Source of the DNA: Candidatus Nomurabacteria bacterium | GTDB taxonomy: Bacteria; Patescibacteriota; Minisyncoccia; Phycocordibacterales; SBAW01 | Direction: 5' to 3' | NCBI GenBank assembly: GCA_943348815.1 | Contig: CALQYT010000003.1 | Span: 4,679-68,678 of the forward strand | Length of the DNA: 64,000 nucleotides | Translations under genes and position numbers: made by a program | The notes under the pieces: generated by a model | Seen by the model: the letters and a program-made list of their open reading frames with translations, nothing else | Told to the model about the DNA's origin: nothing | Databases searched by the model: none | Shown: piece by piece, positions 47,712-57,547 of the stretch | Layout of the letters: each line of letters begins with the position of its first letter | How positions within the stretch are numbered: the stretch's first letter is position 1

Positions 47712-48602
47712 ATGCGATGGGTATTGGTAAGCGGGATCCTACTCCTCCTAGGAATTGGGGCGTTTTTCTTTGCAAAAACTCGCCCCGCGGCGGAAGAGCC
47801 TGGGTGGCGAGCCATGATCGAAAAGGCCGGGCCGGAAAAAGCATACGCACAGTTTGCCGAATCGGTGGCTGCAGAGCCCCCCGGCGAGCAACACACCGCC
47901 GCACACAACTTTGGCGATGCGCTTTACGAGGAAAAAGGGCTCGCCGGACTGTCCGCGTGTGATAGTCGTTTTGGATACGGCTGCTTCCATCAATTGGTTG
48001 GACGAGTTATTGCAGAGCATGGACTCGGGGCAATTGCAGAAATACAACATGTGGTCGGTACATCGAGCGACTCCAACCACGGCGTTGGCCACGGCATACT
48101 CGCCTACCTCGGATACACACTGCCCAAACTCAAACAAGCACTCGCCGTTTGCCCAAGTGGTGGCCCGGCGCCGTGGGATTGCTCGGGGGGTGTGTTTATG
48201 GAATACAACTTCCGTACCATGCTCGGAGAGGGGCCGCGACTACCGGGCAACAATCCGTACGCTCCCTGCGATGCGCTCGAGGGTGTTCAAAAAACAGCTT
48301 GCACTTTTTGGCTGCCCGAATGGTGGGACCGTACTACGTTTGGAGCCGCCGCGACCTCAAGCCAGTCGTTTGCAAACATTGGCGCATACTGCGACGGACT
48401 CCCCAAGGCAGTGCACGGTGCATGTTACGGAGGCACCGGGTACGCGGCTGCCGCTGCGACAGAACAAAATGCGGAAGTCTCGACGTATCTTTGTAACGCA
48501 AGTACAGCCAATACTGCCTATCGTACACTTTGCAATCACTGCGCGGCATATGTCTTTACTACCCGCGGCAAACGTCCAAGCTGCACTCTAAACGAGTTTT
48601 AA
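47712..48602 (+). CDS. Cys/His-rich membrane-anchored protein, distant fifth member of the tandem paralog family at 56.4-61.0 kb
   Basis: N-terminal TM, then QHTAAHNFGDALY (H-x3-H-x2-GD), FGYGCFHQL and SNHGVGHGIL motifs shared with the four tandem paralogs. Many paired Cys. Confidence 0.55.
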   Translation: MRWVLVSGILLLLGIGAFFFAKTRPAAEEPGWRAMIEKAGPEKAYAQFAESVAAEPPGEQHTAAHNFGDALYEEKGLAGLSACDSRFGYGCFHQLVGRVIAEHGLGAIAEIQHVVGTSSDSNHGVGHGILAYLGYTLPKLKQALAVCPSGGPAPWDCSGGVFMEYNFRTMLGEGPRLPGNNPYAPCDALEGVQKTACTFWLPEWWDRTTFGAAATSSQSFANIGAYCDGLPKAVHGACYGGTGYAAAAATEQNAEVSTYLCNASTANTAYRTLCNHCAAYVFTTRGKRPSCTLNEF

Positions 48603-48603
48603 A

Positions 48604-49902
48604 TTACTGGAGAGCTTTGAGAAGGTCCTCGGCCTGTGTGTAATCGCTTTTTAATTGTAGCGCTGCTTTTGCAAAATTACGTGCCGCGGAAGTATCCCCT
48701 TGTTGCCGGGCCAACACGCCGCGCAAATAGGAGACTTCCGGACGCAGTGGAGAAAGTTTTTCCGCTTTCGCAAGCGAAGAAGTCGCCTCAAAATCCGCCT
48801 GTGGATAATTGACTGACGCAAGGGCAATAAAAAGAGAGGCGCGGGAAATGTGACTTGCGTACTCACTTGGGTTTACTCCCACCGCACGATCGGCATATTG
48901 AATTGCATTCGTTATTTGGAATTTCAAAGCACTTTCATCACCCTGCGTCTGATAGGTGGTAAAGGCTGCTTGCAGAATAGCGCGCGACGCATCACGGTCG
49001 TACTCGGAGACCTCCCAGAGTTTTGCTGCGGTTACCAGTGTTTGCGAACCTTCGAACGCCTGCGCCTCAAACGCTGCAACACCTTGGGTGTGTGTCGACG
49101 ACGCTTGTGTTTGGCGGACAAAAATCCATCCCCCGCCGGCAAATACCCCCGTGACCATTAACAATCCCAAGGCCAGCCACCACCTGCGCAGCGTGTACGA
49201 ACTCTCTCCGGCGAGGCGTGCGCCTAACCCGAGCGCTGCTGCGCCAACATACCACATCCACGGCGAGACGATGGTAAAGCATAAAAATCCAAACACTACT
49301 ACCGCCATGCCAATACAGAGTATTTCGGCGATAGAAAAAGATCGTGCACGCACCGCGCGATAGCCGAGCATCACCGCGGGAGTAAATGCCAACAATACCG
49401 TAAGTATCCCTAAGACACCGATCGTGGCGGCAAACGTAGTGAGCGTACTATACCCATAAAAAAACGACGCATCCCACCACGGAACACTGTTGACCTCAAT
49501 CGGGCGGTATCGTTGCCACACCATATCAAACAGATGCGGTCCCTCACCAACAAGCGCATGCGGAAGCGACTCAAGATACAGCGGTGCGGTGACCACCATG
49601 GTTGCCGTAAGAGAGGGTCGTATTTCAACTTTGTCTTTAGACACAAACCAACCTAGACCGAGTGTGGCTATAAGGATACTCGCAAGAGCAATCGAACAAA
49701 TTTTTATGTAGGCGCGCGGCACAAGCGACGCAAGTGCAATCACCAATACAAAAATAAAAATTGATGCGACGGTGCCCACCTCCATCTGCGCACCCCATAT
49801 CGACCACGCTTGTGCCGGCGAGAGCGCGGTCGAAATACTTGCGACCACGAGTAGTGGTATCCCCGAGAGCACCAACCAACTGCGTGGAATCTCGACTCTC
49901 AT
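48604..49902 (-). CDS. Polytopic membrane protein with a C-terminal TPR-like region (O-antigen ligase/Wzy_C-like architecture)
   Basis: About 9 predicted TM helices, followed by a ~130-aa soluble helical-repeat C-terminus (AYAFN..., YASHISRASLFIAL, ARNFAKAALQLKSDY). The preferred start is MRVEIPRSW at 49902. Confidence 0.45.
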   Translation of the reverse strand: MRVEIPRSWLVLSGIPLLVVASISTALSPAQAWSIWGAQMEVGTVASIFIFVLVIALASLVPRAYIKICSIALASILIATLGLGWFVSKDKVEIRPSLTATMVVTAPLYLESLPHALVGEGPHLFDMVWQRYRPIEVNSVPWWDASFFYGYSTLTTFAATIGVLGILTVLLAFTPAVMLGYRAVRARSFSIAEILCIGMAVVVFGFLCFTIVSPWMWYVGAAALGLGARLAGESSYTLRRWWLALGLLMVTGVFAGGGWIFVRQTQASSTHTQGVAAFEAQAFEGSQTLVTAAKLWEVSEYDRDASRAILQAAFTTYQTQGDESALKFQITNAIQYADRAVGVNPSEYASHISRASLFIALASVNYPQADFEATSSLAKAEKLSPLRPEVSYLRGVLARQQGDTSAARNFAKAALQLKSDYTQAEDLLKALQ

Positions 49903-49921
49903 TTCATATATACTAACAGGT

Positions 49922-50320
49922 ATGCGCATGGTAGCCGCCGCTTTGTATATTTTGGGGGGCACAATTGTGGGAGTAAGTATCGGATTGTGGTGTGCCAAAC
50001 CGCTCGCCTCCACTTATACTGACGATCAATTTCTACAAAAAAGAATCTCCCTAGACGACGCGCCGAGGTACGTATCTCTCACCGCGATTGTGGGGTCGAT
50101 CGACCGCAACGCACGCACCATTACCACACAGACAAAGGATCCTTATAGTAAAGAGCGTGTAGGGTTGGTAGTTGGGTACGACGCCAACACCACGGTATTC
50201 AATAACGGAGCCCAAAAATCAGCGGAGACGCTGCGCGCTGGCGACACCATCATTCTTACGGTGGCCCGGACCAGCGGCGTCCTGTATGCCTTTAGTATTG
50301 TTAAGCGCTCATATTTATAG
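49922..50320 (+). CDS. Small TM-anchored protein (paralog a)
   Basis: MRMVAAALYILGGTIVGVSIGLW TM, then a ~110-aa domain. The same architecture and motif order (TLTVR...RLVV.Y...GDRV.V) as the next gene. Confidence 0.4.
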   Translation: MRMVAAALYILGGTIVGVSIGLWCAKPLASTYTDDQFLQKRISLDDAPRYVSLTAIVGSIDRNARTITTQTKDPYSKERVGLVVGYDANTTVFNNGAQKSAETLRAGDTIILTVARTSGVLYAFSIVKRSYL

Positions 50321-50322
50321 TC

Positions 50323-50763
50323 ATGCAGACGTTAAAATACGGACTCGGATTACTAGCGGGGGCAGGAGTCATATCTTTTGTTCTGTTCATGGCCTTCGAA
50401 AATTACTACACCTATATACGAGTGCAGGGACAACTGCATAGACTTGAGGCATCACTCTCAGTCGCCCGGATACTCACGTACGGTATTGTTGATTCTGTCG
50501 ATATATCAAAAAAAACACTCACCGTTCGTATGCCAGACCCGTATGAAGACGGGGCGCAACGACTGGTTGTGATATATCTGTTGCCGGAAACCTATATAGC
50601 CCGACAGACACTACTTGGTGACAAAAAGATGTATACCGGTCTCTCCCCCCAGACACCCACACCGCTTGCGGACATTGCCCCTGGTGAGCGAGTCGCCGTA
50701 TTTGTGCAGCAAAATAACGAGCGATTTGTGGCACTAATCGTACTAGTCGGCAATCCACTATGA
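50323..50763 (+). CDS. Small TM-anchored protein (paralog b)
   Basis: GLGLLAGAGVISFVLFMAF TM, then ~110 aa. It begins 3 nt after the paralog a stop. Confidence 0.45.
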   Translation: MQTLKYGLGLLAGAGVISFVLFMAFENYYTYIRVQGQLHRLEASLSVARILTYGIVDSVDISKKTLTVRMPDPYEDGAQRLVVIYLLPETYIARQTLLGDKKMYTGLSPQTPTPLADIAPGERVAVFVQQNNERFVALIVLVGNPL

Positions 50764-51392
50764 GTGCTCATATCCTACCGGCCTTTGACTCTCCCCAAGC
50801 GCTCAAACCGTTCTTTCCCACAGAAAAAGAGCCTTGGGAAACACTGCCCTTGTTTGTCAAGAAAAAAAACGTCCAATTACTGTTGGGCGTCTTTCCTCTG
50901 TGGACACAGCTTGAGCGTTCTTTTTCTCGTACCGTTCGAACGCTTGGTGTGCCGGTGCTGTCCCTACCCTCGGAACGTATAGCGCTCGTTCCTACACTTG
51001 TCCGCGACCTGCCTGTAGGAAAAATAGTGGCGACAAGCCGCGACCTCCCCGCACTCGAGCGTATGAGTAGCACTCATGCCCCTATGCGCGATCTTATATT
51101 CCACATCGTCCTTACTCCCGAGGAACGTCCAATAATCTCGAGTCTCCAGATTGTTTTTGAAGTCCATCTTGTGCCCGGTGCGGTTGGGCTTTTCCAGTGC
51201 GAAGCACTCGCGAGCAAAAAAGAACTTCTGTTTCACCTGAGTAGCCGTTTTTACTGGGAGTTTGAGGACCAAACACTACTAGTTACCGATGACGCTCGTA
51301 CGGCTCGGTTTTCCCAAGCCCCGCTGCCTCTCCATTACAAAAAAAGAAACGCTCCGTGTCCGTGTGGACACCAGGTAGTCTTGCTTATATGA
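50760..51392 (+). CDS. Hypothetical protein (210 aa)
   Basis: It overlaps neighbours by 4 and 37 nt, consistent with operon packing. No recognisable domain. Confidence 0.4.
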   Translation: MSAHILPAFDSPQALKPFFPTEKEPWETLPLFVKKKNVQLLLGVFPLWTQLERSFSRTVRTLGVPVLSLPSERIALVPTLVRDLPVGKIVATSRDLPALERMSSTHAPMRDLIFHIVLTPEERPIISSLQIVFEVHLVPGAVGLFQCEALASKKELLFHLSSRFYWEFEDQTLLVTDDARTARFSQAPLPLHYKKRNAPCPCGHQVVLLI

Positions 51393-52588
51393 CGGAACTC
51401 GAAAAAGCTTGCACAGCCGCCGACAGAGCCCGGAGTAACCGCTGCTCCTCTTTTTATCGCGATCTCTATCAAGGATTGGCCCAACCTATTACTCCCGAGC
51501 AATGGACCCAAGTCCCCTTCCTTACTAAATCAGACATACTGCGAGTGCCTTTTATGCAGCGATTATTTGTCCCGTGGGAGAAGGTCGATACTATTGCACT
51601 TACGTCGGGGACTACGGGGAGCGGAGTATGCATACTGCCTCGACGGTTTTCTTTAGACTTGCCCTCGGATTTTCCGTATTACAAAGATCATCGGTTAATG
51701 ACCTTCTACTACTACTCCTATCGAATCCGTGCCGAATCAAAAACAATTTCTGGCGATCAGACTCGCTATGAGGCGAGCGCACAGCTTGCGGCACAAGCAG
51801 GCGTGGACGCACTCCACGGATCAATATCGCAATTGATAGCATTTGCTCCTCATGCAAAACGTGCGGGCCTCATTTCGAACATTCGCGCGCTATGTTCGAC
51901 CGGGGAGAGGATAAGCAAGCTCCAGCTCAATACCATACGCACTCTCTATCCTGGTGCCGAATTGCGCACGGTGTATGGTATGCAAGAAGTAAGTGTGGCC
52001 GGCTACTCTCCTCTCGTGCCACGGCCCGATCGCCCGCTCGCAGTAAAGCTCGTCCCCCACTATTATTTTGAAATACTGACTGAAGAAGGCCTTGTGGCGG
52101 ACAGCGGCACCGGCGAGCTGGTAGTGACCTCGCTTGAGGAAGATCCTTTCCCACTGATGCGCTATCGTACGGGCGATAAAGTCTCTGTGTTCGAAGACCG
52201 GGGCGAAAGACTTTTGGAGCCTCTCTCGCGGGTTGAAGAAGAACGGGTCCGTATCGGAGGAGGAGAGATAGTGTTGGACGAATTAGAGCGAGCTATTACT
52301 AAAACATTTGGAGAAAGTGTCGCCGACTTTGAGTGCACGGTAAAAGAGACTCTAGACGGAGAGACTATTCGTAGTGGCCTTGATCTGACCTTGTTTATAA
52401 AAAACAATCCTCCCCCGTGGTCGTCTACCGATGCAGCGCTCAAGCTCGCCACCGAGCTTCAGGCTAATCAACAGCGTACCTATCTTGACGGTATAGTGGC
52501 GGGACTCTATACCCCCATTACTTGCAGCTTCATGCTAGTGGGAGGCACACAGCTCCAAAAAAGGCGCCATCTAAGGGACGGGCGATAA
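51389..52588 (+). CDS. PaaK/CapK/F390-synthetase-like adenylate-forming enzyme
   Basis: LTSGTTGSG (AMP-binding P-loop) and YRTGD motifs. The length (~400 aa) and motif spacing are typical of the phenylacetate-CoA ligase-like family. Confidence 0.65.
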   Translation: MTELEKACTAADRARSNRCSSFYRDLYQGLAQPITPEQWTQVPFLTKSDILRVPFMQRLFVPWEKVDTIALTSGTTGSGVCILPRRFSLDLPSDFPYYKDHRLMTFYYYSYRIRAESKTISGDQTRYEASAQLAAQAGVDALHGSISQLIAFAPHAKRAGLISNIRALCSTGERISKLQLNTIRTLYPGAELRTVYGMQEVSVAGYSPLVPRPDRPLAVKLVPHYYFEILTEEGLVADSGTGELVVTSLEEDPFPLMRYRTGDKVSVFEDRGERLLEPLSRVEEERVRIGGGEIVLDELERAITKTFGESVADFECTVKETLDGETIRSGLDLTLFIKNNPPPWSSTDAALKLATELQANQQRTYLDGIVAGLYTPITCSFMLVGGTQLQKRRHLRDGR

Positions 52589-52604
52589 ATGCTAGTATAT
52601 AGAT

Positions 52605-52805
52605 ATGGAGCTTACTAAAACACTTTCTCTTTTGCCTCTACTGGCGATCGCAAGTATGTTGTTGGTTGGCCGAATTATGTGGACTCCCGAACACGTTTCT
52701 CTCGCTCCTACCGCCCTTGCTCTTGCCGAACAGCCGGGACCGACATGCGATCTTCCCACTCAAGAGAGCACCATTCTTTTTGTCGGTTGCGGGGGGTTTT
52801 TCTGA
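52605..52805 (+). CDS. Small hydrophobic-leader peptide ending ...LFVGCGGFF
   Basis: A 66-aa ORF 17 nt after the adenylating-enzyme gene. Hydrophobic N-terminal half; two Cys; GG followed by FF at the C-terminus. Confidence 0.3.
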   Translation: MELTKTLSLLPLLAIASMLLVGRIMWTPEHVSLAPTALALAEQPGPTCDLPTQESTILFVGCGGFF

Positions 52806-52808
52806 CCT

Positions 52809-53297
52809 ATGGCTCGCATCATAAAGCGATCTCAAAAAAACAAGAAGCCGCGGGTATTTAGCTTCCGTGTGGGAGACGGACACACCGCGAGCGAGCTTTT
52901 GCACGCCGGTCGTTACAACTGGATAGGCGACGTCGTGCGGGAGTTTACCGAATCAAAACAATTCAGAATAGACCCTGAGCCTAAAAAGATCGAGTTGGAG
53001 TTGGTTGAGTTAGACTACGACCCGACCACCACGCAGGTACTCAAAGAATTTAAAAAAAGAGGCCTGGTAGAGCCGACCGAGGAGGACGCCCTTCGATTTG
53101 GAAAAAAATATCCAGATCTCCAACACAAATTTCCTATTGTGTTTCTCAACGCTCACCACCCCTGGCTCGTCGATCGGGGCCTTCCTCGAGTCATTGTACT
53201 GCGACGCTTTTCAGGCGGACGTGGAATCGTAGGATACTGGCTGCAGAGTGGATGGTTTCGTCATTACCGTTTTGCCGGGCGTCGAATACACAAATAA
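52809..53297 (+). CDS. Hypothetical basic protein (162 aa)
   Basis: It starts 4 nt after the small peptide ORF. No recognisable domain. Confidence 0.4.
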   Translation: MARIIKRSQKNKKPRVFSFRVGDGHTASELLHAGRYNWIGDVVREFTESKQFRIDPEPKKIELELVELDYDPTTTQVLKEFKKRGLVEPTEEDALRFGKKYPDLQHKFPIVFLNAHHPWLVDRGLPRVIVLRRFSGGRGIVGYWLQSGWFRHYRFAGRRIHK

Positions 53298-53377
53298 TTT
53301 CATTGACTTTTTAGCTCTTGGCCGTATAGTCGGAATGGGTTCTGTTGCCCAAGAAGACAAGAAGGGAAGAGGTCTAA

Positions 53378-54268
53378 ATGTGGAAGATTGTTTTGGGACT
53401 GTGTCTTGCCGTGGCAGGGGTAACGTCTGCCGCAGCAGACCCGTATCCAACCAGGCCCATTCGGATCATCGTACCGTATGGGCCGGGGGTTGCCCCCGAC
53501 GTCATCGTGCGGCTCTACGTCGACGTGATGAAAAGCTCGGGGATACACTTCTTCATCGAAAACCAGCCTCAGGCGTATGGAGTGGTGGGGACCCGCAATC
53601 TCTATCACGCCGAGCCGGACGGCTATACGATGGGAGTCATCTCTGCGAGCCTGCTGTACCCGCACAAAGAGTACGACGCTCAAAGGTTTGAGTACGTGAG
53701 CGTCGTATCGCGTGACAAAATGTTCCTGGTAGTACCAAGCGCCTCACCGGTGCGGACGCTCCAAGAACTTATCGCGAGCGTACCCAAAAACTACAGTGCC
53801 CCCAATCCTGGGGCACAGCGTTTTGCGGCGGAGTTTATGCGCGTAACCGGGCTCACTGCCGTACAACTTCCCTACCGAGGGGGTTCTGCGGCGGCGGTGC
53901 TCGACCTTAAGGTCGGACGCGTCGACTACACCTTCCTCTTCGGTTTCCAGGTCAAACAGGGAATCGATGAGGGAATCTTGCGCCCGCTTGCGGTGGTGGA
54001 CCCGGAACGAAGCTTGTTCATCCCGGAAGTACCAACAATGAACGAGGCGCTCCTCAAAGCCGGCCGGTCTACACTGCCGGTGCGCTATATACAAATGGGG
54101 GTGGTGTTTCCTCCGGGTACACCTCCGACGTACGTACAAAAACTGGCGCAACTTATTTGTACGGCATCGCGCGACGAGGAGTTGCGCGAAAGGCTCCGAA
54201 AAACGTGGGTGGAAGCGATCTGCTCTACCCCAAAGGAGTACCGCGCTTTTGCGTCTGGCTTCCAATGA
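53378..54268 (+). CDS. Bug/TctC-family periplasmic substrate-binding protein (orphan; no tctA/tctB nearby)
   Basis: Signal peptide, then the DPYPTRPIRIIVPYGPG signature, GYTMGV and LPYRGG motifs characteristic of the TctC/Bug family. Confidence 0.75.
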   Translation: MWKIVLGLCLAVAGVTSAAADPYPTRPIRIIVPYGPGVAPDVIVRLYVDVMKSSGIHFFIENQPQAYGVVGTRNLYHAEPDGYTMGVISASLLYPHKEYDAQRFEYVSVVSRDKMFLVVPSASPVRTLQELIASVPKNYSAPNPGAQRFAAEFMRVTGLTAVQLPYRGGSAAAVLDLKVGRVDYTFLFGFQVKQGIDEGILRPLAVVDPERSLFIPEVPTMNEALLKAGRSTLPVRYIQMGVVFPPGTPPTYVQKLAQLICTASRDEELRERLRKTWVEAICSTPKEYRAFASGFQ

Positions 54269-54335
54269 TATGAACCATCCGAACTTGACCGGCCCCACTA
54301 GGGCCGGTTTTTGTACCCTGTAGTAGAGTAGGCAT

Positions 54336-55895
54336 ATGCGTACGATTTTCTATACGGCCACGCTTGGTTTTATTGCTTTGGCAGCCTGGCTTATTTTTAA
54401 CAAACAACACGCAGCTGCTTTTTTTTCAGATGTCTTGGAAGCACAGCGTATCTCGGAGACTGTCTCCGTGGGAGGTAGTCCGTACCAAGTGAAAGACGGC
54501 AATGTGTGGCAAAAAGACCGAGTCATTACCGGAGAAGAAGCACTCCCCATTCTTAAACTTACCTACGCGCTCACGCTCGCAAAGCGACACCCTCTTTTTT
54601 CGCTTGAAGGCAGCGACCCATGGGTGCTTGCCACCGCCACCGAAATGCTTGCCCGCGTCCAAGAAGGATACGTCGAGCTCCAATCGACGGCAGCGGAGCA
54701 GGCCTTAGTCCGCAATCTATATCCTATTAATTTTTTGAGCAACGAAGCTCAGACAGAAATTGCCCGCCGCGCCTTCATAGAGTCCCCATCGGACCGAACA
54801 TACCAACGGTACGACGCATCACTCACCCGGACACTCGTGGCGTATAAAAAAGATTTGTCCGTATTTCGAACTGCCTTTACCAAAGCGGTACCTTCCTTGC
54901 ACCGATCTTACTTCACTCTCGAGGGCATCACCGGAACGAGCAGCGCAATCGCATCACTCGATAGTTTGGCCTTGGGTGCACAAAAAACTGCTGCTCTACT
55001 CGATCGACGGACACAATGTCTACGAGACGCAACGTATCTATGTGACTCTCAAGATATACAACTCCCGCAACTGTATGCCCCCGAATCCGCCGCGGTGTCC
55101 AGCAATGCTCCACCCGCAGTGAGTTCTGTCGTTAATGAATATAAGCTTCAACGAACGAGAACATCTCCTGCTATAATCGTGGCCCTCGCACAGAGCGACT
55201 GCGCGCGCGGCCTTGCCGCGCCATATTATTTTGCAGTATATGAGGAGCGACCTTTGCGGTTGAGCGCCATCGATTTTATTAATGACATTCTTTTTCTTCC
55301 GATACGCGATGGGGGAGAAGATTCACTTTTCCATTATTTTATGAGTCGAGGAGCATCCTACTTTCCTCTCGTGCCTACGGCTCCCTACCAGTGTCCATCA
55401 GCGGGAAGCGACTTTAGTCGTATCTACGCGACCCTACAGGTCGCACGCACTCTAGGAAAACAGCCGGGGGTATTATCGGAAGATGACGTTATATCCTCGT
55501 TCAAAACAGCCTTAGACCACGCGGAGACAAACGGCGGTACGCAAAAAGACACGCTCACGGCACTTACTCTGATGCTCCACGACAAAAGTGCTGGGCTAGA
55601 TTGGTTGGTAGAAGAGATAGCGCGCTTTGGGGAAACCAACTTGCGAATGAAGCAGGGCGGTGTACCTATAGCGACAGCTCCGGACTTTTTGTTTCTTGCT
55701 GAAAGTAGTTTCTTTTCTCTGTTTCAGGGGTATAACCTTTCGGTAGGTCAAGGGGTTGGGGTATCTCCCGCGACCGCCGACCCACTCAGACAATACCAAA
55801 AAAACATACACTCGTGGCTCAAAGCGTCGGACGCCACCCGTGATGAAATGAACGTGAGTTTGCGTTTATTTGTTTCGATACATAAACAAATATAA
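54336..55895 (+). CDS. Membrane-anchored hypothetical protein (519 aa)
   Basis: N-terminal TM (TATLGFIALAAWLIF), then a large soluble domain with several Cys. No recognisable domain. Confidence 0.45.
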   Translation: MRTIFYTATLGFIALAAWLIFNKQHAAAFFSDVLEAQRISETVSVGGSPYQVKDGNVWQKDRVITGEEALPILKLTYALTLAKRHPLFSLEGSDPWVLATATEMLARVQEGYVELQSTAAEQALVRNLYPINFLSNEAQTEIARRAFIESPSDRTYQRYDASLTRTLVAYKKDLSVFRTAFTKAVPSLHRSYFTLEGITGTSSAIASLDSLALGAQKTAALLDRRTQCLRDATYLCDSQDIQLPQLYAPESAAVSSNAPPAVSSVVNEYKLQRTRTSPAIIVALAQSDCARGLAAPYYFAVYEERPLRLSAIDFINDILFLPIRDGGEDSLFHYFMSRGASYFPLVPTAPYQCPSAGSDFSRIYATLQVARTLGKQPGVLSEDDVISSFKTALDHAETNGGTQKDTLTALTLMLHDKSAGLDWLVEEIARFGETNLRMKQGGVPIATAPDFLFLAESSFFSLFQGYNLSVGQGVGVSPATADPLRQYQKNIHSWLKASDATRDEMNVSLRLFVSIHKQI

Positions 55896-56384
55896 TACGA
55901 AAGCGCCAAGCAATGCTCCCAAGAGCCCACTTGCGATTACAAACAGGTACGCAAGCGGAACCGTTTGAGATACTGTAAAAGGAAAAACAGCGGCAGCAAT
56001 CTCGTCTCCGGTAACGGTTCTGAAACTCACCTGAAGCGAATACGATCCTCCTTGTTCAAAAGTATAGAGCAACGTGGTGGGCCCGAGCGGTTGGCGTCGG
56101 ATACCTGTTGCAAGTAGAGTATTTTTGTCCTGCGAAACGACGCGTGTCCATACCTCGTCAAATTTGGCCGGCTTTGTTTTAACGGTATCACTCCAGAGAC
56201 TAAAATCGAACCGCGCGCTTTGTCCCGCTGTAATACTGATTGGATCGTACCCAACATCAATGAAGTAGGTAGTACCTACTGGCTGCTCCCACGAAGCGCC
56301 AGTGCTATGAGCACTCACATACAAAGGAGCGCACAAAAGAGCAGCTGCAACGAGAGAGAAAATTATATTCATAAACTTGACCAT
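55866..56384 (-). CDS. Secreted, C-terminally TM-anchored beta-sandwich-like protein, possibly YcnI/CopC-like
   Basis: Signal peptide ...LYVSA, then a mature N-terminus starting with His (HSTGASWEQ). About 120 aa, then a C-terminal TM LAYLFVIASGLLGALLGAFVLYLF and a basic tail. Confidence 0.4.
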   Translation of the reverse strand: MVKFMNIIFSLVAAALLCAPLYVSAHSTGASWEQPVGTTYFIDVGYDPISITAGQSARFDFSLWSDTVKTKPAKFDEVWTRVVSQDKNTLLATGIRRQPLGPTTLLYTFEQGGSYSLQVSFRTVTGDEIAAAVFPFTVSQTVPLAYLFVIASGLLGALLGAFVLYLFMYRNK

Positions 56385-57547
56385 ACGGCCCAGGCTGCTT
56401 CGCACGACTGGGTAGCCAACGGAGCCAGCACACACGAAGTTTGGATTTTTTCCTTAGACCAAAAGTCGGCCAGTTGTTGAAACGCCGCTTCAAAACAGTG
56501 TGTGTGCCACTCGTCCGGCAGCACCTTGCTCGAGCAAAAGGCGTACGCACCTTTTTGTTTATCGTCCGGTGTCCCTGCTTGTACGAGCCCACTTACGTAG
56601 GAACCTAAGCAATATTCTTGCAAGTCGGGGGCAAGCCCCAAACAGGCCGGGACCGCCTGGGCTGCAGTATTGAGCTGCCGCGCAAACATAGCTGCAAAGG
56701 TAGAGATTGTTCGCTGCAGATACTTGCTCGGTGTGTAGCGATACGCCAAATCAATTGCCTCTTGTAGTGTTTTGTCCGGAGTGAGGTTAAACACCACCGA
56801 AGCTAAGTTGGCGTAACACTCCTCCGGCACGCCGTCTGCGCCCAACTCTCTACAGATTTTAAAAGGGTCTTGTTTATCTATCTTTTTTGCATAGTTTTCA
56901 TCATACGAAATGCCGTTGTATGCGCCGCCAGCACATTTAACGAAATCCTCGTCGGTCTCCGCCGCCTGACGACACAAAGAAAGAGTCTGCTGCACTATTG
57001 CCACTGGGTCGCTCCACTCCCGGACGTCGTGGTGTATCACCGAACCATGTCCTACGCCGTGGAAGCATGCAGCACGGGAATAACTTTTTTGTCCGTTGGA
57101 GTCGTCACCTTGCATGGTGGTGCAAAACTCGCCTATCTCCTTGCCTACCTCTTTGCGGTTGCCTGACTCAAATAAAAATTCAGTGACAAATCCGTGGAAG
57201 AAACCAAAATCACAGACCTGCATATCGGGTGTAAAGGAGAGCCTCTCGCCTGCTTTAAACGATGTATAGGCTCGCTCCCCCACTTGGTGCGCAAAGGCGT
57301 GGCACATCTGTATAAAATCAGGCGACTGTTTCGAAAATATTTGGAGCTGTTGCAGAGCTTGAGGTATCTTATCTTCGACAAGCAGCTCCGAGACGGCAGA
57401 GTTCCAACATTGATACTTTGCGGAGAGACTTCCGCTGCACGTAACACTCCCTTGGGAAGCAAACACCCACCCACCCAACCCAACCCCCACTAACATAACC
57501 GGGACCATCCAAAACACTTTCTTCATCTCTACACTATATCTCAACAT
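56369..57547 (-). CDS. Cys/His-rich membrane-anchored protein, tandem paralog 1
   Basis: N-terminal TM, then CHAFAHQVGERAY, CDFGFFHGFV and CFHGVGHGSV motifs plus about 20 Cys. Confidence 0.6.
   Translation of the reverse strand: MLRYSVEMKKVFWMVPVMLVGVGLGGWVFASQGSVTCSGSLSAKYQCWNSAVSELLVEDKIPQALQQLQIFSKQSPDFIQMCHAFAHQVGERAYTSFKAGERLSFTPDMQVCDFGFFHGFVTEFLFESGNRKEVGKEIGEFCTTMQGDDSNGQKSYSRAACFHGVGHGSVIHHDVREWSDPVAIVQQTLSLCRQAAETDEDFVKCAGGAYNGISYDENYAKKIDKQDPFKICRELGADGVPEECYANLASVVFNLTPDKTLQEAIDLAYRYTPSKYLQRTISTFAAMFARQLNTAAQAVPACLGLAPDLQEYCLGSYVSGLVQAGTPDDKQKGAYAFCSSKVLPDEWHTHCFEAAFQQLADFWSKEKIQTSCVLAPLATQSCEAAWAVWSSL

Noticed and set aside
53378-54268. A complete TctABC tripartite tricarboxylate transporter
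   Set aside because: Only the binding-protein (TctC/Bug) homolog is present. The flanking genes are unrelated hypothetical proteins, not TctA/TctB permease subunits.
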